Of a stretch of DNA of 64,000 nucleotides, positions 26,763 through 38,800 are shown piece after piece. The stretch comes from Octopus sinensis (Eukaryota). The stretch spans positions 1 through 64,000 of the forward strand of contig NW_021833291.1 of assembly GCF_006345805.1 (NCBI RefSeq), given 5' to 3'. The translations under genes and the position numbers were made by a program. Position 1 is the first letter of the stretch; each line of letters starts with the position of its first letter. The notes beneath the pieces were generated by a model, which saw only the letters and a program-made list of their open reading frames with translations, did not search any database and was not told the origin of the DNA.

Positions 26763-27679
26763 CTAATGATGCTCTCTCAAGCAATAATATATTCATAGAA
26801 ATCAAACAGTAGTAAACAAGTGAACTTATTCATGTAAAAGGGGGGTCAGTTGGCAAAGGCTTTCGCACATTTTACTAAAAGACTGTTTCCAGTATCTGCT
26901 CTGCTGCCTCTGAGTTCAATACCTAGTGAGGTCAGCTTTACTTTATATTATGATTGATAAAGAACCAGTCAAGTACTGGAGTAGATTTGTCATCATTGTT
27001 GTTCTTCCTCCTCTTCAACCACTTCTTTCTTCTATGTGCAAGACATTGCCAGGGGTTACACAAGTAGAGAGAAAGGCTCCTCCAGATTTCAAATCTCTTC
27101 AAGTCATTCTAATCTATTATGTCATCTGGTTGACCTCTTTTGATTTTAAATACAGCCAGAGAGGTCAGATCTTCTGATGCTGTTTTTCAACTTATTTTCC
27201 ATCAATGTAGACCCAGAGTTTATTTACATGCCTCCTCTTCATCCATTTCCTCCCTCTTTCATCGTTCTTCTCTTTGTTTATATTATCAAGTCTGCAACAA
27301 ACTGTTGTAGTTGACCCTTCCACTTTTTTCAGCCGTTTAAGGCTCTGGTCTCAAAGACACCCATCCGGTCACTGCCACTGTGCTTCTGTTCTTGTTGTTG
27401 TTGTTGTCAACACCAGCTCATTGGCCATTCCCAGCATCAGCTCTGCCACTATAAATCCGTATGGAGTCAGGATCTTTAGGTTTGTGAATCTGTGGTGTAT
27501 ATATATATATATACACACACACACAGGAGTGGCTGAGTGGTAAGAAGCTTACTTCCCAACCACATAGTTCCGGGTTCAGTTCCACTGCGTGATACTTTGA
27601 GCGAGTGTTTACTATTATAGCCTCAGGCCAACCAAAGACTTGTGAGAGGATTTGGTAGACGGAAATGAAAGAATATCAT

Positions 27680-28140
27680 CATCATTGTTTAACGTCCGCT
27701 TTCCATGCTGTCATGGGTTGGACAATTTGAGTGAGGACAGGTGAACCAGATGGCTGCACCAGGCTCCAATCTCATCTGGCAGAGTTTCTATAGCTGGATG
27801 CCCTTCCTAATGCCAACCATTCCGAGAGTGTACTGGTTGCTTTTACGTTACACCAGCACAAGGGCCAGTCAGGTGATACTGGCAACGACCACACTCAAAT
27901 GGTGCCTTTTACGTGCCACCTGCACAGGAGCCAGTCCAGCGGCACTGGCTACGACCTCGCTAGAATCATTTTTTGTGCCACCAGCACAAGGGCCGATGAG
28001 GCAATGCTGGTAGCGATCACGCTCAAATGGTGCTTTTCATGTGCCACTGGCATGGGAGCCAGACAGCTGCTCTGGCAATGATCACACTCGGATGGTGCTG
28101 TTAGTGCTCCACTGGCACGGGTGCCAGTCATCGAATTTGG
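27680..28140 (-). mobile_element. RTE-family 3' UTR/tail fragment
   Basis: Homologous to 1241-1717 (repeat units, aggaagggcatccagc, (GAT)n tail). Other fragments lie at ~28915-29240, 30945-31290, 48370-48745 and 58770-58900 (+), and 58915-59090 and 61825-62112 (-). Confidence 0.8.
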
Positions 28141-28162
28141 TTCAATTTCGATTATATATATA

Positions 28163-28243
<81 letters not shown>

Positions 28244-28530
28244 TTGTCCCCCAGCTTCGCTTGACAACCGATTTTGATGTGTTTGCGTCCCTGTATCTTA
28301 GCGATTTGGCAAAAGAGACTGATAGAATAAGTATTGGGCAAAACAAAGAAAAGAGCTGGGGTCCATTTATATTTGACTACAGGCGGTGCTCCAGCATGGC
28401 TGCAGTCAGTTGACTGAAACAAATAAAGGAATACAATATATACATATATATATTATGAGAGACAACGTAAAGGGGGAATGGTAATGGGAGTGGGGTGACA
28501 AGAATTAGAAGCAGTGGGGCAGGGGCACAA

Positions 28531-28875
28531 GAGTGGCTGTGTGGTAAGAAGCATGCTTGCCAACCACATGGCTCTGGGTTCAGTCCTATTGCATGGCACA
28601 TTGGGCAAATCAAAACCTTGTGAGTGGATCTGTTAGACGGAAACTGAAAGAAGCCCATCAGATATATTTATGTGTCTCTGTTTGTCCCACCAACAGAGCT
28701 TGACAACCAATATTGGTATGTTTACATCCTTGTAACTTAGCAATTTGGCTAAAGAGACCAATAGAATAAGTATTGGTCTTAGAAAGAATAAGTCCTGAGG
28801 TTGATTTGTTTGACTAAAGGCAGTGCTCTAGCATGGCCACACTCAAATGACTGAAGCAAGTACAAGAATTAAAGA
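28531..28875 (+). mobile_element. SINE family 1 copy
   Basis: Same A/B boxes and body as 21024-21420. Confidence 0.8.
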
Positions 28876-29284
28876 ATATATATATATATATATATATACA
28901 CGTGGCCTTACTTGTGCCCGGGCTAGTAGGGTGCTAAGAGCATCATCCAAGCGTGATCGTTGCCAGAGTGGTTAACTGGCTTCCGTGTCAGTGGCACGTA
29001 AATGACACCATTCGAGTGAGGTCGTTGCCAGTACCGCCTGACTGGCCCTCCTGCCGGTGGCACGTAAAATGCACCCACTACACTCTCGGAGTGGTTGGCG
29101 TTAGGAAGGGCATCCGGCTGTAGAAACTCTGCCAGATCAAGATTGGAGCCTGGTGCAGCCATCTGGTTTGCCAGCCCTCAGTCAAAATCGTCCAACCCAT
29201 GCTAGCATGGAAGGCAGACGTTAAACGATGTTGATGATGATACATAATATATATATATTATTATATACATATGTATATATATAT

Positions 29285-29331
<47 letters not shown>

Positions 29332-30309
29332 TCTATACACACATACACACATAATATATATATATATGTTTTGTCCAACCCATGCTAGCATGGAAAACGG
29401 ACGCTAAATGAATGATGATGATGTTTATGTAAAAGAAGGGAATGAAATGTTGAAGTTGATATTTAAAAGGAGACAGTGAATGAGAGAGAGAGAGAGAGAT
29501 GAAAGTAAAAGGGGACATATGAAGGATATGAAATAGGAAAAGTATGGTTGTTGTTGTTATTGTTTATTATTATTATGATGATGATGATGATGATGTAGGT
29601 GGTGAGCTGGCAGAACAGTTAGCATGCTGGGCAAAATGCTTGGCAGCATTTTGGTTGTCTTTACGTTCTGAGTTCAAATATTGCCGATGTCAACTTCCAT
29701 TCTTTCAGGGTCGATAAAATAAGTACCTTTCGAGTTCTGGGGTCGCTGTAATCAACTTACCTGCTCCCCTGAAACTGCTGGCCTTGTGCTAAAATTTGAA
29801 GCCATTCTTATTATTATCAATATTATGATGACTCGTTTGCCGTTACAGTCTGAGTTCAAATTCCACCAAGGTCGACTTTGCCTTTCTTCCTTTTGGGGTC
29901 AATTCAATAAGTACCAGTTACACACTGGAGTTGTGCAACTGGTACTTATTCCACCAAATTCCACAAGGTCGACTTTGCCTCTCATCCTTTTTCTGATTGA
30001 TAAAATAAGAACCAGTTAGGGGCTGGGTCTGATGTAATAACTAGTCCCCTCACCCGAAATTTCAGGCCTTCTTCCTATAGTAAGAAAGGATTATTATTAT
30101 TATTATTACTGTGACGAGCCGGCAGAATTATGTGGATGCAAAGCAGAATTTTGACCGTCTTTACATTCTGAGTTCAAATTCCACCAAGGTTGATTTCGCC
30201 TTTCATCCTTTTGGGATTGATAAATTAAGTTCTAGCTGAGTACTGGGGCCCCCTTCCTTGAAATTGCTGGCCTTGTGCCAAAATTTAAAATCAGTTTTAT
30301 TATAATAGG

Positions 30310-30550
30310 AATATCAGAATATCATAAAAAATAGAGATTTTTATAGAAAAAAAGCACCTTTTTGATGTAAATAATTTTTGGTGTTAACATGGTCCAATTT
30401 GAATTTTTTCTTCTGCGGAAGGAAGAGCAAACCTTCTTCTATCACACTCTCAATTTTGGTCAACTTGCGCGGCAGGATCTCGGAGGAGACAGTGTTAGTT
30501 GAAGGCTAACAAACCTGCCATACACAGACAACTTCAGCTTTATATATAGA
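30310..30550 (-). mobile_element. Probable non-autonomous Helitron fragment (5' end)
   Basis: The - strand begins tctatatataaagctgaagttgtctgtg, the same 5'-end architecture as 54178 and 3009. Confidence 0.45.
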
Positions 30551-30599
30551 GAGATAATTAGGGTTCAGCTAACTGCTTCACCACATCCCGAAATTAGAA

Positions 30600-30930
30600 A
30601 TGGGAGTTAAAAATTCCTTTTCTACTACTATAAGAATCTCCATGACGGTAAACATACTTTTTTACGAAGGCAAAGAGAAAGACAATGAATCAACATGACC
30701 AGAATTAATTATATACGTGTTTCGAGATTAAAGTAATTTGAATTTTACTTACTTCTCTCTTCAGTACAATATTTCCAATTTTTATAAAATTTCAAAGTGC
30801 TATGACTGAATATGTACACAATCGAGCCTAATTATAATTATATGGATAATTTTACCTATAAAGGTAATTTTAACATACCGATCTACTTGGTAAAATTGTT
30901 AATTAATTGATTAATTAATTAATTAAATTA
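30600..30930. mobile_element. Penelope-like pseudo-LTR fragments in back-to-back inverted arrangement
   Basis: Hammerhead on the - strand, plus a + oriented terminus (cataccgatctacttggtaaaatt) that matches 13978-14005. Boundaries are approximate. Confidence 0.5.
30708..30770 (-). ncRNA. Minimal type I hammerhead ribozyme with intact catalytic core
   Basis: The - strand reads attgta CTGAAGA gaga-agtaa...ttact..tctc GAAA cacg TA tataat. Stem I has 6 bp (one G-U), stem II closes with G10.1-C11.1, and the GUA site predicts cleavage between 30714 and 30713. Confidence 0.8.
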
Positions 30931-31634
30931 CTGTGCTAGCGGGGTGCAAAGAGCACCATACGAGTGTGGTCGCTGACAGAGCGGCTAACCGGGTTCTTTG
31001 CCAGTGGCACATAAAAGGCACCATTCAAGTGTGATCGTTACCAGCGTCGGCTTACTGGCACTCGAGCCCCGTGCTAGTAGGGTGTTAAGGGCACCATCCG
31101 AGCATGATCGTTGCCAGAGCAGCTATCTGGCCTCCATGCCGATGGCACGTAAAACACACCATTCGAGTGTGATCATTACAGCATTGCCTTACTGGCACCT
31201 ATACCAGTGGCATGTGTAAAAGATTCGAGCGAGGTCATTGCCAGTACTGCCTGACTGGCCCCGTGCCAGTGACACGTAAAAGCACCCACTACAGTTGGGT
31301 GCTGGGGTTGATGTAATCGACTAGACCCCACACCCAAAATTTCAGGCCTTGTGCCTATAGCAGAAAGGATTATTGTTATTATTATTATCTTCAGAATATC
31401 ACCAAAAAAAGATGGGGGCATGGCTGTAAGGTTAAGGAATTCACTTTGCAATCTTGTGGTTTCAGGTTCAGTCCCACTTTGCAGCACCTTAAAGAATTAA
31501 CTTCTTCTAATGTTCCAGGTCGACTCAAGCCTTGTGAGTGGGTTTCGTACATGGAACTGATAAAGCCTATGGTATATACATGTGGGTGTATATTCATGTA
31601 TGCATATCTACATTTGTACTTGTATGTGTATGCA

Positions 31635-31685
<51 letters not shown>

Positions 31686-32630
31686 TATGTCTGCTCATGT
31701 CTCCTTGTCTTGACATCTGCTGCGAATTATAAACAAATGTCACGTCAAACAAACAGAGTCGTTTGTTTGCAGTGTTCCACCAGAAAACATATCCAACCAT
31801 TGTGCTGTTCATGTTGGAAGAACTTGGGGAAATATTCTCTTGCTTGAACCAGGTGAGGATTGGTGACCCTCATCGAGTGTAGTCATAGACTTGACTGAGT
31901 GGGACTCAAGAACCTGGCAAAAAACAAAACAAAATTATTAGAAGGAAAATACAGAAAAGAAATACACCATCTGATGTATTATAAAGGTTTTGATATCCAT
32001 TTTCCCTAACTGGCATGGGTAGGACAGTTGACGAGGAAGCAGTGAACCAGAGGACATTGCTGAGCTCCAATGAAAGATTTGGCAAGATTTCTACAGCTGG
32101 ATGATCTTCTTAACACCAGATGCACACATACACGTGTGTGTGTGTTTATGCATGCATAAGAGTATATGAATGAATAAACATGGGTTTACTTATGTTTGAT
32201 TGCACATCTGATTTTGTATGCTAGCATGGGCTAGGTGAATATATTATTGTAGCCTTGTTTTACAGACAGACAGCCTTCCTATTGCTCACCCAAAACCATT
32301 TTGCAAGAACAAAAGTTCTTATTTCCCATGTCTTCCAAGGTGGGGGTGAATGGTTGACAGATGTTTCTGCTTGGAGCAATTTAAAAGAGATTGCAAACAT
32401 AAACAAATGCACAGACACCTATGCGCACACACACTCAGCTCGAGTTCACTGCTTCCTGTAGCAGAAACAGCTGGAAGCTAATGAAGGTGTCTACGTAACT
32501 CTTGTTCTTTTGTCGTTCATTGATTCATATCTATAAACATACATAGACACAAACATTTATACACGGGTACGTGAAGGTATATTCATATAGTTTCACACGT
32601 GCATTTATGTATATGTGTATGTATGTATAT

Positions 32631-33900
32631 ATCATCATCATGATAATTTAATGTCCTCTTTCCATGCTAGCATGGGTTGGACAATTTGACTGAAGGCTGG
32701 TGAACCAGATGGTTGCACCAGGCTTCAATCTTGATCTGGCAGAGTTTCTACAGCTGGATGCTTTTCCTAACGCCAACCACTCTGAGAGTGTAGTGGGTGC
32801 TTTTACGTGTCACCGGCACGGGGCCAGTCACGCGATACTGGTAATGACCTTGCTCAAATCTTTTACACGTGCCAGTAACGCAATGCTGGTAATTATCAAG
32901 CTCGAATGGCGACTTTTATGTGCCACCGGCATGGAAGCCGGTTAGCCACTCTGTCAACGATCACACTCGTATGGTGCTCTTTGCTCCCCGCTAGCACAGA
33001 TGCCAGTCATCGGATTTGATTTGATTTCACTTGCATCAACAGGTCTTCGCAAGCAGAGTTTTAGTGTCCAAAGAAGGAAGAGGAACGCATAAGTGAGCTG
33101 GTTACGTCCCTGGCATAGGCCCGAGGTTATGTTCTCATGTGGCTTGCCGAGTCTTCTCATGCACGGCATATTTCCAAAAGTGTCTGTCACTAATCATTTC
33201 CTTGGTGAGGCCTAAAGTTCGAAGGTCATGCTTCACCACTTCATCCCAGGTTTTCCTGGGTCTACCTCTTCCACAGGTTCCCTCAACTGCTAGGGTGTGG
33301 CACTTTTGCACACAACTATCTTCAGCCATTCTCGTCACATGACCATACCAGCGCAGACGTCTCTCTGCACACCACAACTGATGCTTCTTAGGTCCAATAT
33401 TTCTCTCAAGGTACTTACACTCTGTCGAGTATGCACACTGACATTACATATCCATCAGATCATACTGGTTTCATTCCTTGCGAGCTTACGCATGTCCTCA
33501 GCAGTCACAGCCCATGTTTCACTGCCAAATAGCATGGCTGTTTGTACACATGCGTCATACAGTCTACCTTTTACTCTGAGTGAGTGGCCCTTTGTCACCA
33601 GCAGAGGTAAGAGCTCTCTGAACTTTGCCCAAGCTACTCTTATTCTAGCAGCTACACTTTCAGCGCACCCTCCCCCACTACTGACTTGGTCACCTAGGTA
33701 ATAGAAGCTATCAACTACTTCTAGTTTTTCTTCCTGGAATGTGGCGAAAGTTGTTCTCTGTGCATTTTCAGTGTTTATTGCACCCGAGAATCTGCCACAT
33801 GCAAAAGCTATCTTCCCAGTTAGCCTTCCTTTGATATTGCTGCACCTCTTATGTGTCCATAGCTTACACTGGGTACATCTTAGAGTTTCTACCCAAACCT
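32631..33900 (-). mobile_element. 5'-truncated, frameshifted RTE LINE (second copy)
   Basis: ORFs 33455-33961 and 33135-33377 match 260-988 (KLEVVDSFYYLG, RRLRWYGH, GRGRPRKTW). They are followed by the repeat-containing 3' UTR and a (GAT)n tail at 32631-32643. Confidence 0.92.
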
Positions 33901-34006
33901 CAACTACAGATCGGGCAGGGCCATCTACCTGAAAGGATTTGTGGTTTGCTTGCCTTCCCACTTATTAGGACTTTGGTTTTAGCTAGGTTGACTCTAAGGC
34001 CCTTTG

Positions 34007-34040
<34 letters not shown>

Positions 34041-35864
34041 TATTTAGCAGAAGTAACAAAGTGACCCAAAATCCAAAAGTTTCGTTTATTAGCATTTATC
34101 AAACTGGTTCTTTGGAGGTATATTCCCAGACCTCCAAACACCACTTTGATGAGTGTCAACTCTTGGACCTTGAGTCCCAACTATCATGCCCCTATCACCC
34201 CTACCTCTATCTTTCATCTCTCAATCCTCTCTCTTCTTCTTCTTTTACTCTACTATCTTACTACTGTGACAAAGATTGGCAGTAAATCTCTTCTCTTCAC
34301 CATTCTTCCAATGAAACTAGGGATGTTACTGGACCTACCTGAGTCTCTCCCCAACACTCAGCCACTCCTTTTCATATATTTATTACCCTAGATCTCTCAC
34401 ACATCCCAGGGTATATGTCACACCCAGAGATTGAGGGGAACCTTTAGTTTGTCAAGGTCATGGCGATTGTCTCTAGCGATGGTACCATAAGATGCACCCA
34501 GTGCACATTGTGCAGTGGTTGGTGTCAGGAAGAGCATCCAGCTGCAGAAAGAAAACCAGAAAATATAACTTCAGGCAAGATATTCTCTGAACCATCCACC
34601 CATTCCAGCATGGAAAGTGGGGGTAAAATGATGATCATCATACATACATACAGATGTATGGATGTATAAATATACATATGTGCATCCTTGTGTATATATT
34701 ATACACATTCATTCTATCATATATACATATATATGTATGTGTATCCTGAAGAAGGTCTCTTTTATTTTTCATTCCTCCTGGGGTCAATAGAGTAACAGTC
34801 ATTATTTCATAGACCAAGGAGGCGGTGGAGGATCATTCTGATGATGATGGGTCACCAGAATATCATTAAACACCCCACCAATATTTCCTAATCCACCTCA
34901 TTAAACCCCCAATACTTCATAATAAAAACCTACACCAAGTTATAACTCCTCACCTAACCACAACAAAACACACTTCACCTGCCAAACCCCTTTTTCATAC
35001 AAACACATCTTTCTCATTGCTACCCAAACATTGTCCCTTATATTAAAGATAATTAAGATGAACCTACCTTTCATTAATTGGGCTTATTCATTAACCAATC
35101 TTTATGATCTCAATCAGCAACAAATAATAACGATCCTCTCAACATGCTGTCTATCAGTGTGATTATATGAAAGCCCATCTTTGGATAAGCTTTCCGAGTT
35201 AATCAATATTGTGTATGATAATTGTGTGGATTATATTGAAATGTCGAGAGATTTACCGCATTTGTCAGGTTAAGAACAGTTTCATCTCCAGCTTTATTCG
35301 TATCTGTTAATCCAGGTAAATATGATGGAAACCAAGCCAACCATGACTGTCCCATCATTAGTAATACTTGTACCTGACAAATGTCTATGAAACATAATAA
35401 AGTCTATGTTTTGCTAATTGTTCCATGTTAACGAAGTTTGAACATGATTGCTGTGTGTTGGGACATAATATAGCATGTACACCAATTAAAGTTAATTTTC
35501 TCTACAGCTTAGAGTGTCTCGTTATTGAGTGCTTTTGGAGCAGGGGAATCTCTTTGACTAATTATCGTTAAATAAATCTAAACCACACATGACTATTTCT
35601 TTGTGATGTTGAGAGCAAATATCATTTCCAGTGAAAATAATTATTTCTAATATTTAGACTCCATGTAATTAATGAAACTTAATACATCTTAGAATAGATT
35701 GTAATAAGTTGTTTAAATATTAATTAGACAAGATTAATTCACTGACAGAAATACATAAATGTTTTGTTTGTGTTTTTCAAATGATGAAGCAAACATCATC
35801 TCCCTGAAACTTCAATATTTTCACAAAGCTAAATGTTTTCCTTATATTTCTTTACAGATTCACT

Positions 35865-38800
35865 ATGGAAGACCAGACTGAAAATACTTTAAGGAAACTT
35901 ATCCCTCAGAAATTGGCTTTGAGTTACTCAACACCAAAATGGGATGAAGAAGGAGTTGACCATCAAAGGTGTAAATATGTGAGAGACGACGGTTCAGGGA
36001 GAGAAATGTCCGAGAAACGAGCTTCATCTCAGCCAACAACAAAACATAAAAGACATAAAGGAGACCCTAAAAACTGGGAAATAATGGGAAGACGAAATAT
36101 TTTTGACAAACACATATTTTATACAAGATTCAATGCCTATGAGGACAAAATTGATTTGTTGATAAATTCTCGGAAAGAAATATGTACTTTTTTAAAAAGA
36201 ATAGGAATGGATGAAAATACTTTTCTAAAACATTTTACACAGAGAATAGAAATTCTGACGAAAGACATTAAAAAAAACGATTACAATCAAGAATTTATAA
36301 TTTTTGGAAAACTAGAATTGTTCCTGGAACACTATTACAAAGAAATATTCTACAAGACAAACACAAAACCATTGAAGCACCAAAAATAATCACAAAATTT
36401 CGGCCTCTTCAGCCAGTTGTGACTAGAGAAGCAAACATTGAGGAATCTGGAGAAGAATTTGAAGAAATCCCAATAATATCCAATATTGTCATCATAGAGG
36501 AGGGAGTGATGACATATTCCCACAATTGCAAGATAATAAGTTTAGTAACAAGAGACAGTGACAGAATTGATGTCCATTGTCCATCTTCTGTGACCAGTTT
36601 CACAAGAATCAGTGAAGACATGGTTCTGGCAACCCTCCCCTTCCATGAAATGATTCTTATTATCAGCCCCAAAACCTTCAAGATCAAAAGGATACAGTTG
36701 GGGTTACATATGGTGAGTTACTTGGAAGATTCTACACTTATAGGTGTAGAAATGTTTGGTAAGATAGTTTACCAATTGATTGGGAGGATAATACCATTAA
36801 CTATCAATTATTACCAAAGAAACCCCTACAGATATTGCTGTAGGGGTCCAGAATATACTTGTAATTACATTCGCCAGCATCAACAGAGTAATCTGTTACA
36901 AACTGGATGGCCAACAGTTATGGGAGGTAGAGACCCATTCTCTGCACCTCCCAAGTAAAATCTCTCTCTACCAAAATTATTTCTATGTCCTCCAGGGACA
37001 AATAATTTATAGGATTTCAGCTAAAGGTGGTGTGACAAGGAGGGACATTGGCAGGAAATGCCGCTCTATTTCTGTTGGTAAAGATACCATTTTGGTAACA
37101 GATTATTGCGGCAAACCACATGGTATTCAAATGAATAAAGACTTTTGGCCCAACCTGTCATACAACCACCAGCTACATACCCCCAGTTTAAAAGACTATA
37201 TTGATATTGAGGATTGCTACAACATTACAAATATTCTACCTATGTCTACATCTTCTATATTAATAATTTACAAAAACAAGAAAGCTAAATTATTCACTGA
37301 TAACGGGGAAATAATTAACCAAAATAATTCAGTTTTCCTTGAGCTTCCTTCTTTCTGTTGTAGAATAAACGCAAACAGATTCCTGGTATTTTATCCTGAA
37401 ATGAAAGGGTTTCAGTATATCACCTGTCCTGAACTAAGAAAAGGCCCTTTAATAAAGGTGCAAACTGGTTACATGAAAATATGTCATATTGTATCAAATA
37501 AGTGTCTAGCTGTGACCACCACTGAAAACAAAAGCGAGGTCCATATCCTCTTGATCAACGAAGATAAAGTTGACATTGCAGAAAGAATTTCTCTGGGACA
37601 TCATAATGTCAGCATTACTGCAACTCCAATTAATTTTGTAGTCGTAGATGGAAACGAAAATAAAATGGTATTTTATTCCACATGTGGTGAAGAACTTTTT
37701 CAAAATTACCTTCCATTCTATGGCTACCCTCATCACATCTACTCTGATAATGTTTATTTCTATGTCCTCTTCAGGAGACACTCTATTCTCAGATGTTATG
37801 ATCTATATGGACAAATGAAATGGCAGTGGGAACTGCCTTTCCCTGTTCACCCTCACATTGCTGTTTTCCAAGGAACTCTTTATGTCCCGGACGCTCAACT
37901 CAACAGGGTTCTTCTTTACAAGTATCAAGACCGGTCGTCTGGCGGTCTTTTACCCATTAAAAATCCTTACATCAGAAATCTAAATCTACGACTCAAAGAA
38001 AAGGAGAATGACCAAAAACTTGTAATTGGCGAAATATGTAATCTGTCCAATGGACAGTTGGTGGTTTCTGACATCAACCATGATTGCTTGTTGTATATTT
38101 CTGAGGAAGGAGACATTGTGTCCAGATTATCTCTGCCGTCTACAGCCACAGATATATGTCGATGGGATTCTAATCATATAGGGGTCACATTACCCCTACA
38201 GAAACAATTAAGGGTCATCGGAAACCTATCAAAGAGAGTGAGAAGTGTATCATTTAGGCAGCCTTATGTACGGGTGTGTAAGATGGGTGAATGTGAAATT
38301 GTTTGTTATTGTGATAAACCATCACATTTAGATATTTTAGCCATCAATTATTATAATCAAGTTGAAGGAATTAAGACAATTAATATCCCTGTGTTTGTAA
38401 AATCATTATCAATAGACAAGAAAACAGAAAAGCTATTAATTGTTACTAGGGGAAAAGCTTTTCAGTACAACACTAGAATAGGTGGTGGTGGTCGTGGAGG
38501 TCGTCAGATGGTTCCCAGTGTTTTAATGTCCCAAGTGAAACGTCCCCTCAGTCTCCAAGGTGGATCTATTGACCAAACGTCTGTTTATCTGATAGACAGA
38601 AGCCGTATGTTTGCCATAAACGATCAGAATTTGTTGGTTAATGATCTCGTTACTAATAATCAACTTAATTATTATATCGACCTGGTGGATGTATTTTCCA
38701 GACACATTTCTCTCAGTGAAATGTTGTCTTCCACTTTATATCTACAGGACCTGACAGTTTCTGATAAAGCCAGACATATTCCTCTCCCTAAACATTTGGG

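Noticed and set aside
27040-27495. Purine-rich, coding-looking stretch on the - strand
   Set aside because: There are multiple stops in all frames and no recognisable family. It may be a very old pseudogene or transposon, but that cannot be supported.
34060-34400. Possible L2/CR1 3' remnant
   Set aside because: The similarity to LINE C-terminal motifs is too weak to call by eye.
34460-34669. ORF containing IRCTQC, resembling the RTE zinc finger
   Set aside because: The DNA aligns with the RTE 3' tail (aagcacccagtacact..gtggttgg..aggaagggcatccagc), so the peptide match is coincidental.
34745-34770. CTGAAGAAGG after a microsatellite, as a possible hammerhead
   Set aside because: No closing stem II strand, GAAA or cleavage triplet follows. 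It is at most a truncated remnant.
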